Assembly: GCF_013122565.1 (NCBI RefSeq)
Contig: NZ_CP053258.1
Length of the DNA: 64,000 nucleotides
Direction: 5' to 3' (one strand)
From: Escherichia coli
GTDB lineage: Bacteria > Pseudomonadota > Gammaproteobacteria > Enterobacterales > Enterobacteriaceae
Below are positions 23,424 to 31,600 of the stretch, in pieces; position 1 is the first letter of the stretch; each line of letters opens with the position of its first letter. Under the pieces are notes generated by a model. That model worked only from the letters and a program-made list of their open reading frames with translations. It was not told the origin of the DNA and did no database searches. A program made the translations under genes and the position numbers.

Positions 23424-25424
23424 TCATCCTTTTTGCTGAAGCATGGGGAATAATTGTTCGCACAGCAAAACACCGTTATTCATTGCTTCTACCCGTGCCT
23501 CGCTTTCTGTATTACGAAATTGTCCCAACACATGTGCCAGCCGATAAAAAACCACCGCGGTGAGGTCATTCGCCAGCAACTCTGCCTGACCAATAGCACT
23601 CTGTTCCTGATAGCGCCAGCCGTTATGGAGCAGTTGAATAAGTAACGCCTGGCAGCGCATCAGCAACTGATGAGCAGTAGACGGCACAGGCAGAACGCTG
23701 GCAGAAGGTAGCGGTGCCACAGGCGCAGTTTCTGCGTCCAGCGCCCAGGCGCGGGTTTTTGTCATCATTACCCGTGGTTCCAGTGTCAATTGCCCATCAA
23801 CAAAACTGACAAAGCCAGAAACCAGACACACGGGGTCCTCTGTTTGTTGCAAAAGCGCCGCCATGCGTTCAACGGCATAAGGCGCGCTGGCTGAGGCTGG
23901 TAGGGATAACGTCAGCACATTATCTTCCCCTTCGCCGCTAATGACCTGCGCATCCAGTGTCTGGCGGCTGCTATCCCAACCAAGCGAAATACACTCCGCT
24001 ACCGGCAGAATAAATAAGTTATCGACCTGGTTGAGTGGTCGTATGCAGGCGGGGGGACGCTGGCGTAAATATTCCCGCAAAGCCACAATGCCCGGCTGGC
24101 GCAACGGCGCGCTCAACATTTGCCAGGCGTCTGGCGACAACGGCACAACGCTGCTTAAGCGGTTGCGGGTAGCTAACAGCAGCTCGCCATCGGCACTGCG
24201 TTTTGCTGCTTGTGAAACAATTTGCCCACCTGCCAGTGCGCCAGCCTGAAAACTAAACAGCCGACGTTTTGCCGCGGGAGCGTTTTCTTGTTCGCTTCTC
24301 GGCCAACTACGCGAAAGATGCAAAATACTGCCGGTGTCGGGATCGGTGAACCAGATGCGTAAACCATACTGCTCAATATCCTGCCAGCAACGCATACCTA
24401 AAGACACCAGCCGCAGATGATCAAGCTTTGCTTCTCCGGCAATGCCAGCGCCAACGACCGTGCGCCACGGCACAGGAGGAACTTCACCGATACTGTCGCG
24501 CCGGGCCATCTCTTGTGCGCAATTTAATCGACTGTTTAATGCCGCAAGCTGACGTAAGCATTCTCCGGCATGATAGTGGCTGGCGCGGGCGTGGAAGGCA
24601 TCAACGCTGGCGCGCAGTTGCCGTAGCGATTCACTCACCCATCGCCAGTTGCAGCGTTCCGCCGCCTGCTGTGCGCGGCTGAAAGCGGCCTCGTAATGGA
24701 TTGGCGGCTGGCTGATGCCGCCCAGCCATAATGCCTGACTTAATTGCTGAACATATTGACGACACGCGTTGCCCTCTTCGCTGGCAAACGGATCGTCAGA
24801 TGATGTGACGTGTTCGCTGCGCATCTGCCAGATTAAATGAGTAAATTCCGCTTGCTGAGTTTTTGCCTCGACGAAGGCCTGCACAGCCAGTACGACATGT
24901 TCGCAAAGTGTGCCGTCAATACAATCACAACGGGCGAAACGAATACTGCTGCGGGAATAAAAACGCACATCGCTCATCGGTAAGCGGGCAGAGGGAATTT
25001 CGCCCGGCGTACAGAACAACTCAATGGTGATGCCTTTAGCGACCAACGCCTGTGCGCGTTTGCGGGTGGCATCGGGAAGGGTAGCCAGTTCTTCCAGCCA
25101 GATTGCCGGATCCCACTCTTCTTCTTTTTCCGTGGGCTGAACGGTGGCACAAAGTCGTTGATAACTTAACACCAGCATAACGCGATGACGGCACATGCCG
25201 CTGGCCCCGCAGGTGCACTGAGCCTCTTTCAGTGCCTGACCGTTCGCCAGCTGGGTACGGACACCGTCACTGAAGGTGGCGATTAAAGCGCCGTTCTCAT
25301 GGCTGATTTCCGGGACGTTGCCATTTTCCAGTTCCTTAAGGCTGCGCTTAACAAAACCGGCATTGCTTAACGCCGTCAGTGCCTGCGGTGTCAGTTCTAA
25401 TAATTCCGGGCGTAGTGAATTCAT
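23424..25424 (-). CDS. yehQ: SWIM zinc-finger protein YehQ, about 666 aa with the chosen start
   Basis: Two CxCx(n)CxH SWIM motifs seen (CTCGASGMCRHRVMLV; CDCIDGTLCEHVVLAV). Start set at ATG 25424..25422, which overlaps the yehP TGA stop (ATGA); an upstream ATG at 25448 is an alternative. Confidence 0.75.
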   Translation of the reverse strand: MNSLRPELLELTPQALTALSNAGFVKRSLKELENGNVPEISHENGALIATFSDGVRTQLANGQALKEAQCTCGASGMCRHRVMLVLSYQRLCATVQPTEKEEEWDPAIWLEELATLPDATRKRAQALVAKGITIELFCTPGEIPSARLPMSDVRFYSRSSIRFARCDCIDGTLCEHVVLAVQAFVEAKTQQAEFTHLIWQMRSEHVTSSDDPFASEEGNACRQYVQQLSQALWLGGISQPPIHYEAAFSRAQQAAERCNWRWVSESLRQLRASVDAFHARASHYHAGECLRQLAALNSRLNCAQEMARRDSIGEVPPVPWRTVVGAGIAGEAKLDHLRLVSLGMRCWQDIEQYGLRIWFTDPDTGSILHLSRSWPRSEQENAPAAKRRLFSFQAGALAGGQIVSQAAKRSADGELLLATRNRLSSVVPLSPDAWQMLSAPLRQPGIVALREYLRQRPPACIRPLNQVDNLFILPVAECISLGWDSSRQTLDAQVISGEGEDNVLTLSLPASASAPYAVERMAALLQQTEDPVCLVSGFVSFVDGQLTLEPRVMMTKTRAWALDAETAPVAPLPSASVLPVPSTAHQLLMRCQALLIQLLHNGWRYQEQSAIGQAELLANDLTAVVFYRLAHVLGQFRNTESEARVEAMNNGVLLCEQLFPMLQQKG

Positions 25425-26557
25425 GACTGAAGATTCTCCGCAAGCCATGATGCCAGCTCGCCCGGTGTCATGGCGGCTATTTGTGCGCCGATATTAACCA
25501 GCGCCTGGGCCGTATCGTGGTCATAGCAGGGTGTTGCGTTGCTATCGAGCGCCGCCAGTCCCAGCACTTTGATGCCGCTCTGGACACACTTTTTCACCTG
25601 ATGCGTCAGCAATGATGATGAACCCCCTTCGTAAAAATCGCTCACGAGGATAATGACGCTTTTTGCTGGTTGTTCAATAAGTTGCCGACCATACTCCACG
25701 GCACTGGCGATATTGGTCCCGCCACCCAACTGTACTTTCATTAATAACTCTACCGGATCGGCAACGTCTGCCGTGAGATCAACGACGCTTGTGTCAAACG
25801 CCACCAGATGGGTACGAATGCCGGGTAACTGCCACAAACAGGCCGCCATCACCGCAGAGTGGATCACCGAATCGACCATCGAGCCGCTTTGATCAACCAG
25901 TAAGACCAGTTGCCATTGTTCGCTTTGGCGTTTAATGCGGCTGTTAAAGCGGGGGGATTCGATATACAACTTGCCGTGTTGCGGGTGCCAGTGTTGCAGG
26001 TTGGCGCGCAGAGTACTTTTGAAATCAAAGTTTCGCGCCAGTGGAATAAATGAGCGGCGACGGCGATCGCGGACACCAGAAAAAGCCTGACGAACCTCCT
26101 TTGCCAGTTGTGCCATAATTTCTTCCACAACCTGGCGCACTATCCGGCGGGCGGCAGCCAGTACTTCGGGATTCATCAGATGTTTGGTGTGCAAAACGGC
26201 GCGTAGCAGGCTTTCAGAAGGCTGCATACGTTCCAGCACGTCGAGATTTGTCACCACATCTTCAATGCCGTAGCGCAGTACGGCATCGCTTTCCAGCCGC
26301 TCAATCACCTGTTGCGGAAACAGCGTGTGAATACTGTTGATCCACTCAGGAGTGGTGAGATTTGAGCCACCTAATCCACCGGAGCGTTCACCACGCTGGA
26401 GCCGTTCAGGATCGCGCCCATACAGCCACTCCAGCGCGTGGTCTATCTGCCGGGCGTTGTCATCCAGCCCACAAAGCGTCGTTTCTGCCGCTTCGCCAAG
26501 AATTAATCGCCAGCGTTGTAGTTCACGGGTGGTCAGAAGATCGTTCAGTTCAGACAT
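25421..26557 (-). CDS. yehP: von Willebrand factor A (VWA) domain protein YehP, 378 aa
   Basis: MIDAS motif DQSGSM seen; start ATG 26557 (MSELNDLLTTRELQ...); 76-codon upstream extension in ORF track rejected; overlaps yehM 3' end by 8 nt. Confidence 0.85.
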   Translation of the reverse strand: MSELNDLLTTRELQRWRLILGEAAETTLCGLDDNARQIDHALEWLYGRDPERLQRGERSGGLGGSNLTTPEWINSIHTLFPQQVIERLESDAVLRYGIEDVVTNLDVLERMQPSESLLRAVLHTKHLMNPEVLAAARRIVRQVVEEIMAQLAKEVRQAFSGVRDRRRRSFIPLARNFDFKSTLRANLQHWHPQHGKLYIESPRFNSRIKRQSEQWQLVLLVDQSGSMVDSVIHSAVMAACLWQLPGIRTHLVAFDTSVVDLTADVADPVELLMKVQLGGGTNIASAVEYGRQLIEQPAKSVIILVSDFYEGGSSSLLTHQVKKCVQSGIKVLGLAALDSNATPCYDHDTAQALVNIGAQIAAMTPGELASWLAENLQS

Positions 26558-28829
26558 GGAAAACTCCCCAGTGTTGCAGCGATGCCAGTGCCTGCTGTTC
26601 GAGTTGTTGATGATGTGCAATGGCTTGTGGTGGACAATGCAACGGCATTTGCAGAGCCGAAACGGGAAGTTGCGCCAGTTGATAATGTTCAAGCACCTGA
26701 TGCGCCAGCGTCCCGCGTTCTCGTGGCGGTAGCCAGGCCATCGCCGCGCGTAAATCGGGCAGGGCATTGATAAAATCGGCATCACTTAGTTGATTTAAAT
26801 GACTGCTGAAACCGGCGATAAATGCCGGCTGACAAGCCAGTTGATGACGGGCTAATGCCAGCAAACCGTGCAGCGCCTCGCCGGATTGGGCCGGGGATAA
26901 CTGCGTCAGCATTGTCAGCGCCGCTTCGGCACTAGCGTTGGGATGTTCCAGACGCATCAGTGCGCCAAGAGTCGCGCCGCGATCCAGCGCCGGGGCATGA
27001 ATCGCCTGACTGCGGCGCTCCAGTAAGGCTACCGCCGCAGAAAGCGAAACGCCGGATAAGTTAACGCCGCTATGTAGATCGCGCAGGATATGGCAAAGCG
27101 CTTGCCAGCTATGCAGGTGAGCGTGAAACTCCTTTTCATCCGGTCTGCCGTTGGATTCACACAGCCACAGCGTGCGATCGATAGCCGCGCATAACGTCGT
27201 TTGTAATATCTGCGCGCCTTGCATACCGCTAATTTCATCCAGCCGCCATAAGGCATATAGCACTTCCAGCGCCTGGCCCATTTCGGCAAATTGATTTTCC
27301 TGGGCGATTAATAATGTGAGTTGTTCCAGTAATTGCTCACTAAAGCTCGCCAGGCCCGCTAACGCCGCCTGGCTAAGACATGCGGTAATGCTGCCGATTC
27401 CACCCGCGTCCAGCATATCGGCTTCTAATTTATTGCGTGCGGCTTCCTGGAGTGTTGCACCAAAGCAGGCGGCCTCAATCAATGCCGCATGCTGGCTAAG
27501 CGGGCGGGTTAATTTCCAGCGTTCTTCACCGTTGCCTGCAAGTGTCAGTGTACTTCCCTGCTGGCGTACAATCCCTGGGATCTCCAGTATTGCCAGCCGA
27601 TGTAACACCTGACTTTGCGCTAGTCCATTGGGGTTAAAGCGATTTAAGGTAAGCTGCGCCGGAAGAGAGATTCCGGTACGTTCCAGTTCGCAGGTGACAT
27701 CTTTTGGCAGAGGCGGTTGTGGCGTGGAGGGGGCAAGTTTACCGAATCCGTCACCCGCTAATGTGTCTATCAACGTTAGCAGAATCGGATCGGTATCGGG
27801 ATGAATAACTCCGCGATAGCTCCACGGCAACGGCGCGTTCAAGGCTTCTTTAATCAGCGAGCCTGCTATGGCATCCAGCCAGTCAGTGCGTAACGGTAGT
27901 GTATGACCGCGCAACTGTGCCAGCGCCATCACATGCAGATGAGCGGCAGCCATATCAGCGGTAGAAGCGGGCAATTTGTGCTGGCGCAAACGGGCAAGGA
28001 TAGTTTTTAGCAGTTGTTCACCGGCCTGCTGTAAGCCCCACTGCCAGCACCAGTTTTGCCAGACCGGGGCAGGCATACCGGAAAGGTATCCAGCCAGCAC
28101 ATCAAGGCGCTTTTCACTGTAGGGGGTGAGATAACAACCTGTAACGGCATCTGCCAGCGACGGCAATTCTGGCGTGTTAATTTCCTGCGGACATTCGCGC
28201 CACATTTTTGCCAGTGCCGGAGCGTGCCAGCCACCGCAGACAACTAACACGTCGCCATTATTTTGCTGCATCGCCCATCCAATCCAGCGGGCCATAAAGG
28301 CTTCGCGCTGACGATTGAGTGCATCGCCGAGGAAATCGCCCCGCAGTTGGGCAAAATAGTGCGCCAGTGCAGAGGGTAATGCAGTTCGCTGGCTTTCATC
28401 TTCGAACAAGTGATCCCACAGGGTATCGCTGTTATCCATGCGGGTGGCACGCAGCAGCAAGGTCTGGCTTTCCTCTTGCGTATCAGGCGAATCGTCCTCT
28501 TCTTCACTCTGTGCCCAGCAAGGCAAATCGATGAAGTAAGTTTGTGCCTGAATACGACGAGCGGCTTGTAGCGCCTGCCACTCCGGCGAAAATTCAGCAA
28601 ATGGCGTCCAGGCACCACGCCCGGGGGCTGCACCGTCCTGATACTGGCAATAACTGTAAATAGCTACCGGAAGCTGGTGGGCTAAAAACAGTTCGTCTAC
28701 CCGGTCATTAAAATCAGCCGGGCCTTCAATCAACACGTATCGTGGCCGCTGGCTTTCGATTAACGATTTCACCAGCCGGGCGCAGGCCGGACTATGATGC
28801 CGGATGCCGACAATTAACAGCTCGCTCAT
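26550..28829 (-). CDS. yehM: large uncharacterised protein YehM, 759 aa
   Basis: Start ATG 28829 (MSELLIVGIRHHSP...); no recognised catalytic motif; second gene of the yehLMPQ cluster. Confidence 0.8.
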   Translation of the reverse strand: MSELLIVGIRHHSPACARLVKSLIESQRPRYVLIEGPADFNDRVDELFLAHQLPVAIYSYCQYQDGAAPGRGAWTPFAEFSPEWQALQAARRIQAQTYFIDLPCWAQSEEEDDSPDTQEESQTLLLRATRMDNSDTLWDHLFEDESQRTALPSALAHYFAQLRGDFLGDALNRQREAFMARWIGWAMQQNNGDVLVVCGGWHAPALAKMWRECPQEINTPELPSLADAVTGCYLTPYSEKRLDVLAGYLSGMPAPVWQNWCWQWGLQQAGEQLLKTILARLRQHKLPASTADMAAAHLHVMALAQLRGHTLPLRTDWLDAIAGSLIKEALNAPLPWSYRGVIHPDTDPILLTLIDTLAGDGFGKLAPSTPQPPLPKDVTCELERTGISLPAQLTLNRFNPNGLAQSQVLHRLAILEIPGIVRQQGSTLTLAGNGEERWKLTRPLSQHAALIEAACFGATLQEAARNKLEADMLDAGGIGSITACLSQAALAGLASFSEQLLEQLTLLIAQENQFAEMGQALEVLYALWRLDEISGMQGAQILQTTLCAAIDRTLWLCESNGRPDEKEFHAHLHSWQALCHILRDLHSGVNLSGVSLSAAVALLERRSQAIHAPALDRGATLGALMRLEHPNASAEAALTMLTQLSPAQSGEALHGLLALARHQLACQPAFIAGFSSHLNQLSDADFINALPDLRAAMAWLPPRERGTLAHQVLEHYQLAQLPVSALQMPLHCPPQAIAHHQQLEQQALASLQHWGVFHV

Positions 28830-28839
28830 GCATCTTTCC

Positions 28840-29928
28840 TCACGGCAGGCGGTGGCGGGCTTGATAATAAGCCTGCCAGTGAGCTTCTTTATGTGTGGCG
28901 ACTCGCTGTTCGAAGTAACGGCGCAGACGAGCGCGATCTTCTTCGTTATCTTTGACGATGGTTCCGGCAATACAGTCCACCAGATCGGCTGGCTCACCTG
29001 CGCGATTCGCTAAAAACCAGGCGCGGACGCCCACAGCGTGGGCCACGTTCACGGCTTCAGCGGTGGACATAATCGCTGTTAGTGTATCCATTGACGTTTT
29101 CTTTTCGCCGTTGGCACGCAGATCGCGGAAGGTGCGGACCAGTAACTCCAGTACCGCGTCAGGCACTTTATGCGGAATACCGCTATGGGCCAGCAAACGC
29201 GCCGAAGCACTGGCGACCAGTTCCAGCTCCTGAGCGAAATCCATAATCGGAAAGACAGTTTCAAAATCGAAGCGACGCTTTAGCGCAGCACTCATCTCAT
29301 TGACGCCGCGATCGCGCGTATTGGCAGTGGCAATAATATTAAAGCCTTCCCGCGCATAGAGTTGACTGGCTTCACCAGTGAGTTCCGGCACCGTCATCAC
29401 CCTGTCAGAAAGCATACCTAACAGACAGTCTTGCACTTCCAGCGGTGTACGCGTTATCTCTTCAAAACGGACGATTTTGCCGTCGCGCATTCCCTGGTAA
29501 AGCGGGGCAGGGACCAGCGCTTCCGTTGATGGACCATGATTGATAAGCAGAGCGTAGTTCCAGCCGTACTTGATTTGATCTTCAGTGGTAGATGCGCCGC
29601 CCTGGATGGTTAACCCGGCATCGCCGCTAATAGCGGTTGCCAGTAATTCAGACAGGAGAGATTTTGCGGTGCCCGGTTCCCCCACCAACATCAAACCGCG
29701 CCCGGTGGCAAGAGTGACTAACATACGTTCGACAGCAGAGGGACTAATCACGACTTTACGGCTAATATTTTGCGCGCTATCGCCAAGGATAAAAGCACGT
29801 GCCGCAGGCAAACTTAACTGCCAACCGGGCGGGCAAGGTGCGTTATCATTTTGTTTTAATTTTGCCAGTTCATCGGCGTATAACACAGCGGCAGGCGGAC
29901 GCTGCAGATGATTATTCTGCGGTGACAT
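28840..29928 (-). CDS. yehL: MoxR-like AAA+ ATPase YehL, 362 aa
   Basis: Walker A LVGEPGTAKS and Walker B-like hydrophobic-DE segment seen; start ATG 29928 (MSPQNNHLQRPP...); 10-nt gap to yehM. Confidence 0.85.
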   Translation of the reverse strand: MSPQNNHLQRPPAAVLYADELAKLKQNDNAPCPPGWQLSLPAARAFILGDSAQNISRKVVISPSAVERMLVTLATGRGLMLVGEPGTAKSLLSELLATAISGDAGLTIQGGASTTEDQIKYGWNYALLINHGPSTEALVPAPLYQGMRDGKIVRFEEITRTPLEVQDCLLGMLSDRVMTVPELTGEASQLYAREGFNIIATANTRDRGVNEMSAALKRRFDFETVFPIMDFAQELELVASASARLLAHSGIPHKVPDAVLELLVRTFRDLRANGEKKTSMDTLTAIMSTAEAVNVAHAVGVRAWFLANRAGEPADLVDCIAGTIVKDNEEDRARLRRYFEQRVATHKEAHWQAYYQARHRLP

Positions 29929-30037
29929 ATATTCATCCCTGAAATGTATTAATGAAATAAACGATATTTTACGCGCAATAAATGTTTGGTGCATTAGTTG
30001 TTTGAGCGAAAAATATCTGGAAAGCAGATCACAGTAA

Positions 30038-30120
30038 ATAAAAAAACCTGCTGGTGAGGCAGGTTCTTTTATTTACTACAGTGACGCTAACTTGCTGATT
30101 GTGCAACATTTCGTACCAAC
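30038..30120 (-). ncRNA. orzO: candidate OrzO-like antitoxin sRNA, copy 1
   Basis: Minus-strand -10 (TATAAT, plus 30127..30132) and intrinsic terminator (hairpin 30047..30063 with U-tract); its 5' region contains GCAACATTTCGTACCAAC, which matches zorO-1 5' UTR 30271..30288 at 17/18 positions as a direct repeat, so the RNAs are complementary. Ends are approximate. Confidence 0.4.
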
Positions 30121-30149
30121 GAATAAATTATAACCATATCCACACTCCA

Positions 30150-30177
30150 TTGCAATTCAGTGAGTGAGATTTATAAT
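30150..30177 (+). promoter_or_regulatory. predicted sigma70 promoter of zorO copy 1 (TTGCAA-16-TATAAT)
   Basis: -35 and -10 hexamers read directly; implies a 5' UTR of about 175 nt. Confidence 0.45.
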
Positions 30178-30358
30178 CCTGCCCGTTGGGAGGTTGTGCC
30201 GGATCGGACCAATTTTAAGTCCTGGCTGCCGGACGGGTGGTGCCGCAGGCGGTGCCCTGATCCGGAGAGCAACGTTTCGTACCAACATACGTAAACCAGT
30301 ATCGACAGGCAGTGTAAGGGTAAGGTGCTGGTGTTGCGCTCCTTAATAAGGAGAGCGG

Positions 30359-30448
30359 ATGGACACGCTGACACAAAAGTTAACCGTGCTCATTGCCGTA
30401 CTGGAGTTATTAGTGGCTCTGTTACGGTTGATTGATTTGTTGAAGTAA
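30359..30448 (+). CDS. zorO: 29-aa hydrophobic type I toxin-like peptide MDTLTQKLTVLIAVLELLVALLRLIDLLK
   Basis: Short ORF with strong SD (AGGAG) and single TM helix; organisation (tandem duplication, long UTR, divergent sRNA) matches the zorO-orzO locus described in E. coli O157:H7. Gene name is from memory. Confidence 0.6.
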   Translation: MDTLTQKLTVLIAVLELLVALLRLIDLLK

Positions 30449-30471
30449 CGGGCAAATTGAAACGCATCTAA

Positions 30472-30496
30472 GGGGGAATACCGTTTCCCCCTTTAA
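30472..30496 (+). terminator. intrinsic terminator after zorO copy 1 (GGGGGAA-taccgt-TTCCCCC + TTT)
   Basis: Inverted repeat read directly. Confidence 0.5.
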
Positions 30497-30644
30497 TAAA
30501 ATGATTACATCTTCCATTAATTCACCCGATAACTTTTTTCATATTTATAAATTCATCGATTTTATAATCAACGTACTATTTGGCCGGGATGTGAATAATC
30601 ATGGTGGGCTATTGGCGAAAAATATCTGGAAAGTAGATCGCAGA

Positions 30645-30729
30645 AAATAAAAGAACCTGCTGGTGAGGCAGGTTCTTTTATTTACTACTTTGATGTTAAG
30701 TTACTGATAGTGCAACATGGCATCTCAAC
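30645..30729 (-). ncRNA. orzO: candidate OrzO-like antitoxin sRNA, copy 2
   Basis: Same architecture as copy 1 (terminator hairpin 30656..30672; -10 at plus 30736..30741); pairing segment TGCAACATGGCATCTCAAC differs from copy 1 and matches the zorO-2 UTR (30881..30899) with 2 mismatches. Confidence 0.35.
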
Positions 30730-30758
30730 GAACGAATTATAACCACCTCGGGGCCGTG

Positions 30759-30786
30759 TTGCAATTAAGATAATGAGATTTATAAT
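30759..30786 (+). promoter_or_regulatory. predicted sigma70 promoter of zorO copy 2 (TTGCAA-16-TATAAT)
   Basis: Hexamers read directly. Confidence 0.45.
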
Positions 30787-30967
30787 CCTGACTGTTGGGA
30801 AGTTGCGCCGGATCGAACCCATTTCAAGTCCTGGCTACCGGACGGGTGGTGCCGCAGGTAGTGCTCTGATCCGGAGTGCAACATGGCGACTCAACATACG
30901 TAAACCAGTATCGACAGGCAGTGTAAGGGTAAGGTGCTGGTGTTGCGCTCCTTAATAAGGAGAGCGG

Positions 30968-31057
30968 ATGGACACGCTGACAAAAAAGTTAACCGTGCTC
31001 ATTGCCGTACTGGAGTTATTAGTGGCTCTGTTACGGTTGATTGATTTGTTGAAGTAA
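30968..31057 (+). CDS. zorO: 29-aa hydrophobic type I toxin-like peptide, copy 2 (MDTLTKKLTVLIAVLELLVALLRLIDLLK; Q6K relative to copy 1)
   Basis: As copy 1; one amino-acid difference. Confidence 0.6.
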   Translation: MDTLTKKLTVLIAVLELLVALLRLIDLLK

Positions 31058-31080
31058 CGGGCAAATTGAAACGCATCTAA

Positions 31081-31105
31081 GGGGGAATACCGTTTCCCCC
31101 TTTAA
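31081..31105 (+). terminator. intrinsic terminator after zorO copy 2
   Basis: Same hairpin as copy 1. Confidence 0.5.
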
Positions 31106-31238
31106 TAAAGCTATACTCGTCATACTTCAAGTTGCATGTGCTGCGACTGCGTTCGTTCACCCCGGTCACTTACTTTAGTAAGCTCCTGGGAATTCACTCG
31201 CTTATCGCCTTCCTGCAACTTGAATTATTTAGAGTATA

Positions 31239-31541
31239 TTATTCTATTTCTTGGTTGAATATATTCTGTAGTTCGCGATTAAAAATTGCTATTACCGTTT
31301 CAGGTGATTCACCTCGTAATTTCCGCTCATCAATACACTCATCTCTTATATAAATCAACGCATCATTTATTTGCGGGTCGGCATCATTAAATGTTGGATG
31401 TAGCCGGAATCGCTCCAGCCGGTAGACGGAACCTGTAAATAATTCAGAGCATTTATGGATCTCAAGTCTGAAGGAAAACGGATCTTCAGGTACAGGGACC
31501 TCATAATCGTAAATAGCAACCAGCTCTTTTTGCACGATCAT
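31239..31541 (-). CDS. yehK: uncharacterised small protein YehK (100-aa ORF here)
   Basis: ORF track; sits immediately downstream of yehI (59-nt gap), same strand. Confidence 0.65.
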   Translation of the reverse strand: MIVQKELVAIYDYEVPVPEDPFSFRLEIHKCSELFTGSVYRLERFRLHPTFNDADPQINDALIYIRDECIDERKLRGESPETVIAIFNRELQNIFNQEIE

Positions 31542-31600
31542 CGCTTTCCCGTTGGTAAGTCGTGTTGAAAACGGGCAGTCGCATCACTGCCCGTTGTGTT

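Larger units (their letters stand above)
30006..30500. repeat. tandem cassette copy 1 (about 0.5 kb) carrying sRNA, promoter, long 5' UTR and 29-aa peptide ORF
   Basis: Direct repeat of the 30614..31110 unit; both start with GCGAAAAATATCTGGAAAG and end with the GGGGGAATACCGTTTCCCCC hairpin; visibly about 85-90% identical by eye. Confidence 0.8.
30614..31110. repeat. tandem cassette copy 2
   Basis: Second unit of the direct repeat; same internal architecture as copy 1. Confidence 0.8.

Noticed and set aside
25421-28997. N-terminal extensions of yehP (454-aa ORF) and yehM (815-aa ORF) in the ORF track
   Set aside because: The extensions overlap the upstream gene's coding region and lack RBS support; internal ATGs with proper spacing and overlap-coupling give the expected protein lengths.
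30164-30346. 60-aa plus-strand ORFs at 30164..30346 and 30773..30955 inside the duplicated cassette
   Set aside because: They lie within the predicted zorO 5' UTR, lack a convincing RBS, and are Arg/Cys/Gly-rich with no hydrophobic core; more likely UTR structure than coding sequence.
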